Assembly (NCBI GenBank): GCA_964199315.1
Contig: OZ116712.1
Coordinates: forward strand, 7,378,001-7,442,000
Direction: 5' to 3'
DNA length: 64,000 bases
Source: Orbicella franksi
Taxonomy: Eukaryota
Below are positions 63,379-64,000 of the stretch, piece after piece. The notes below the pieces were generated by a model, which was not told the DNA's origin, did no database searches, and saw only the letters and a list, made by a program, of their open reading frames with translations. A program made the position numbers and the translations under genes. The first letter of the stretch is position 1, and each line of letters begins with the position of its first letter.

Positions 63379-63492
63379 GTTGACATCGGCTCCTTTCCCG
63401 ACAAGGTATTTCATGACGTCCAGCTTCTGTGCTTGGACTGCAATGTGAAGTGGGCTGCGTCCATGCTGAATGGGAGTATTGACCTGGCTTCC
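63379..63492 (-). CDS. MTPN-like: Myotrophin/V-1-like ankyrin repeat protein, exon 2
   Basis: ttgcctcgctcag| GSQVNTPIQHGRSPLHIAVQAQKLDVMKYLVGKGADVN |gtaagt; 114 nt, phase 0/0; a canonical ankyrin repeat. Confidence 0.9.
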
Positions 63493-63859
63493 CTGAGCGA
63501 GGCAAGAGGTTTAAAATCATACCAAGGTCTTGTTTAAAATATTTCGTATTCTCATAACTTGGTACTTAGGGATTCCATAACAGCGCCTGTATATAACATC
63601 GCGTTAGTCAGACTATCTGTCGCTTGTGTGAGACAATGACTTTTCACCAGGCTTTACGTGCAGTGATACATACTTTAAGATCATGTGAAGTAAAATCTAG
63701 TTTCACCGAAGCAAACACCGCTCTTAAACATAGACGTAAAGATGTAGGGCATTTCGTCCTAAAGCTAACTCGCTAAATCCACCGTAAGCTTAATCAAGAC
63801 ATAACTTTGTCTCTTCTAACCGTTTTTAAAACTTTAAAGTAATTCAAAAGGAAACTTAC

Positions 63860-63928
63860 CGGTCGAGAAAATTTCTCCTTCACGACTTCCAAATTACCCG
63901 ACCTTATCGCTGTTACTAAAATGCTCAT
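63860..63928 (-). CDS. MTPN-like: Myotrophin/V-1-like ankyrin repeat protein, exon 1 (coding part)
   Basis: ATG at 63928: MSILVTAIRSGNLEVVKEKFSRP |gtaagt (69 nt). The four exons total 360 nt = 119 aa. Further upstream exons outside the window cannot be excluded. Confidence 0.8.
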
Positions 63929-64000
63929 TTCTGTTTTAGAAAGTCGTTCGCTCTTCAACAAACCACTTGTGGTCAAATCCGCGCGTCAAATTTTTGAAGA

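Overview
Eukaryotic, AT-rich, intron-containing genomic DNA. The repeat families resemble those I associate with stony corals (anthozoan cnidarians); that assignment is from memory, not a search. Four protein-coding genes can be built by hand with GT-AG junctions. (1) A canonical Six1/2 (sine oculis) homeobox gene on the minus strand, join(9903..10206,10993..11546), 285 aa. (2) A divergent Six1/2-derived paralogue with an atypical ETTY tetrapeptide on the plus strand, join(44469..45025,48291..48648), 304 aa, head-to-head with gene 1 across ~33 kb with no recognisable gene. (3) An intronless p24/TMED7-like GOLD-domain gene, 53136..53753. (4) A four-exon, 119-aa ankyrin protein on the minus strand (59950..63928) with the exon structure of myotrophin/V-1 but with the three key capping-protein-binding residues replaced. 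Non-coding highlights are a perfect 68-bp-arm hairpin in the paralogue's intron, clusters of SIX-type TGATAC motifs, and TATA/Inr core promoters for both Six genes. Mobile DNA includes tRNA-derived SINEs, an RTE LINE 3' end, TIR MITEs, a dispersed ~105-bp tandem repeat, and palindromic elements sharing a strand-specific GA-mismatch/GNA-loop hairpin apex. No rRNA, genuine tRNA or CRISPR array was seen. Repeat boundaries are approximate unless a TSD is quoted.
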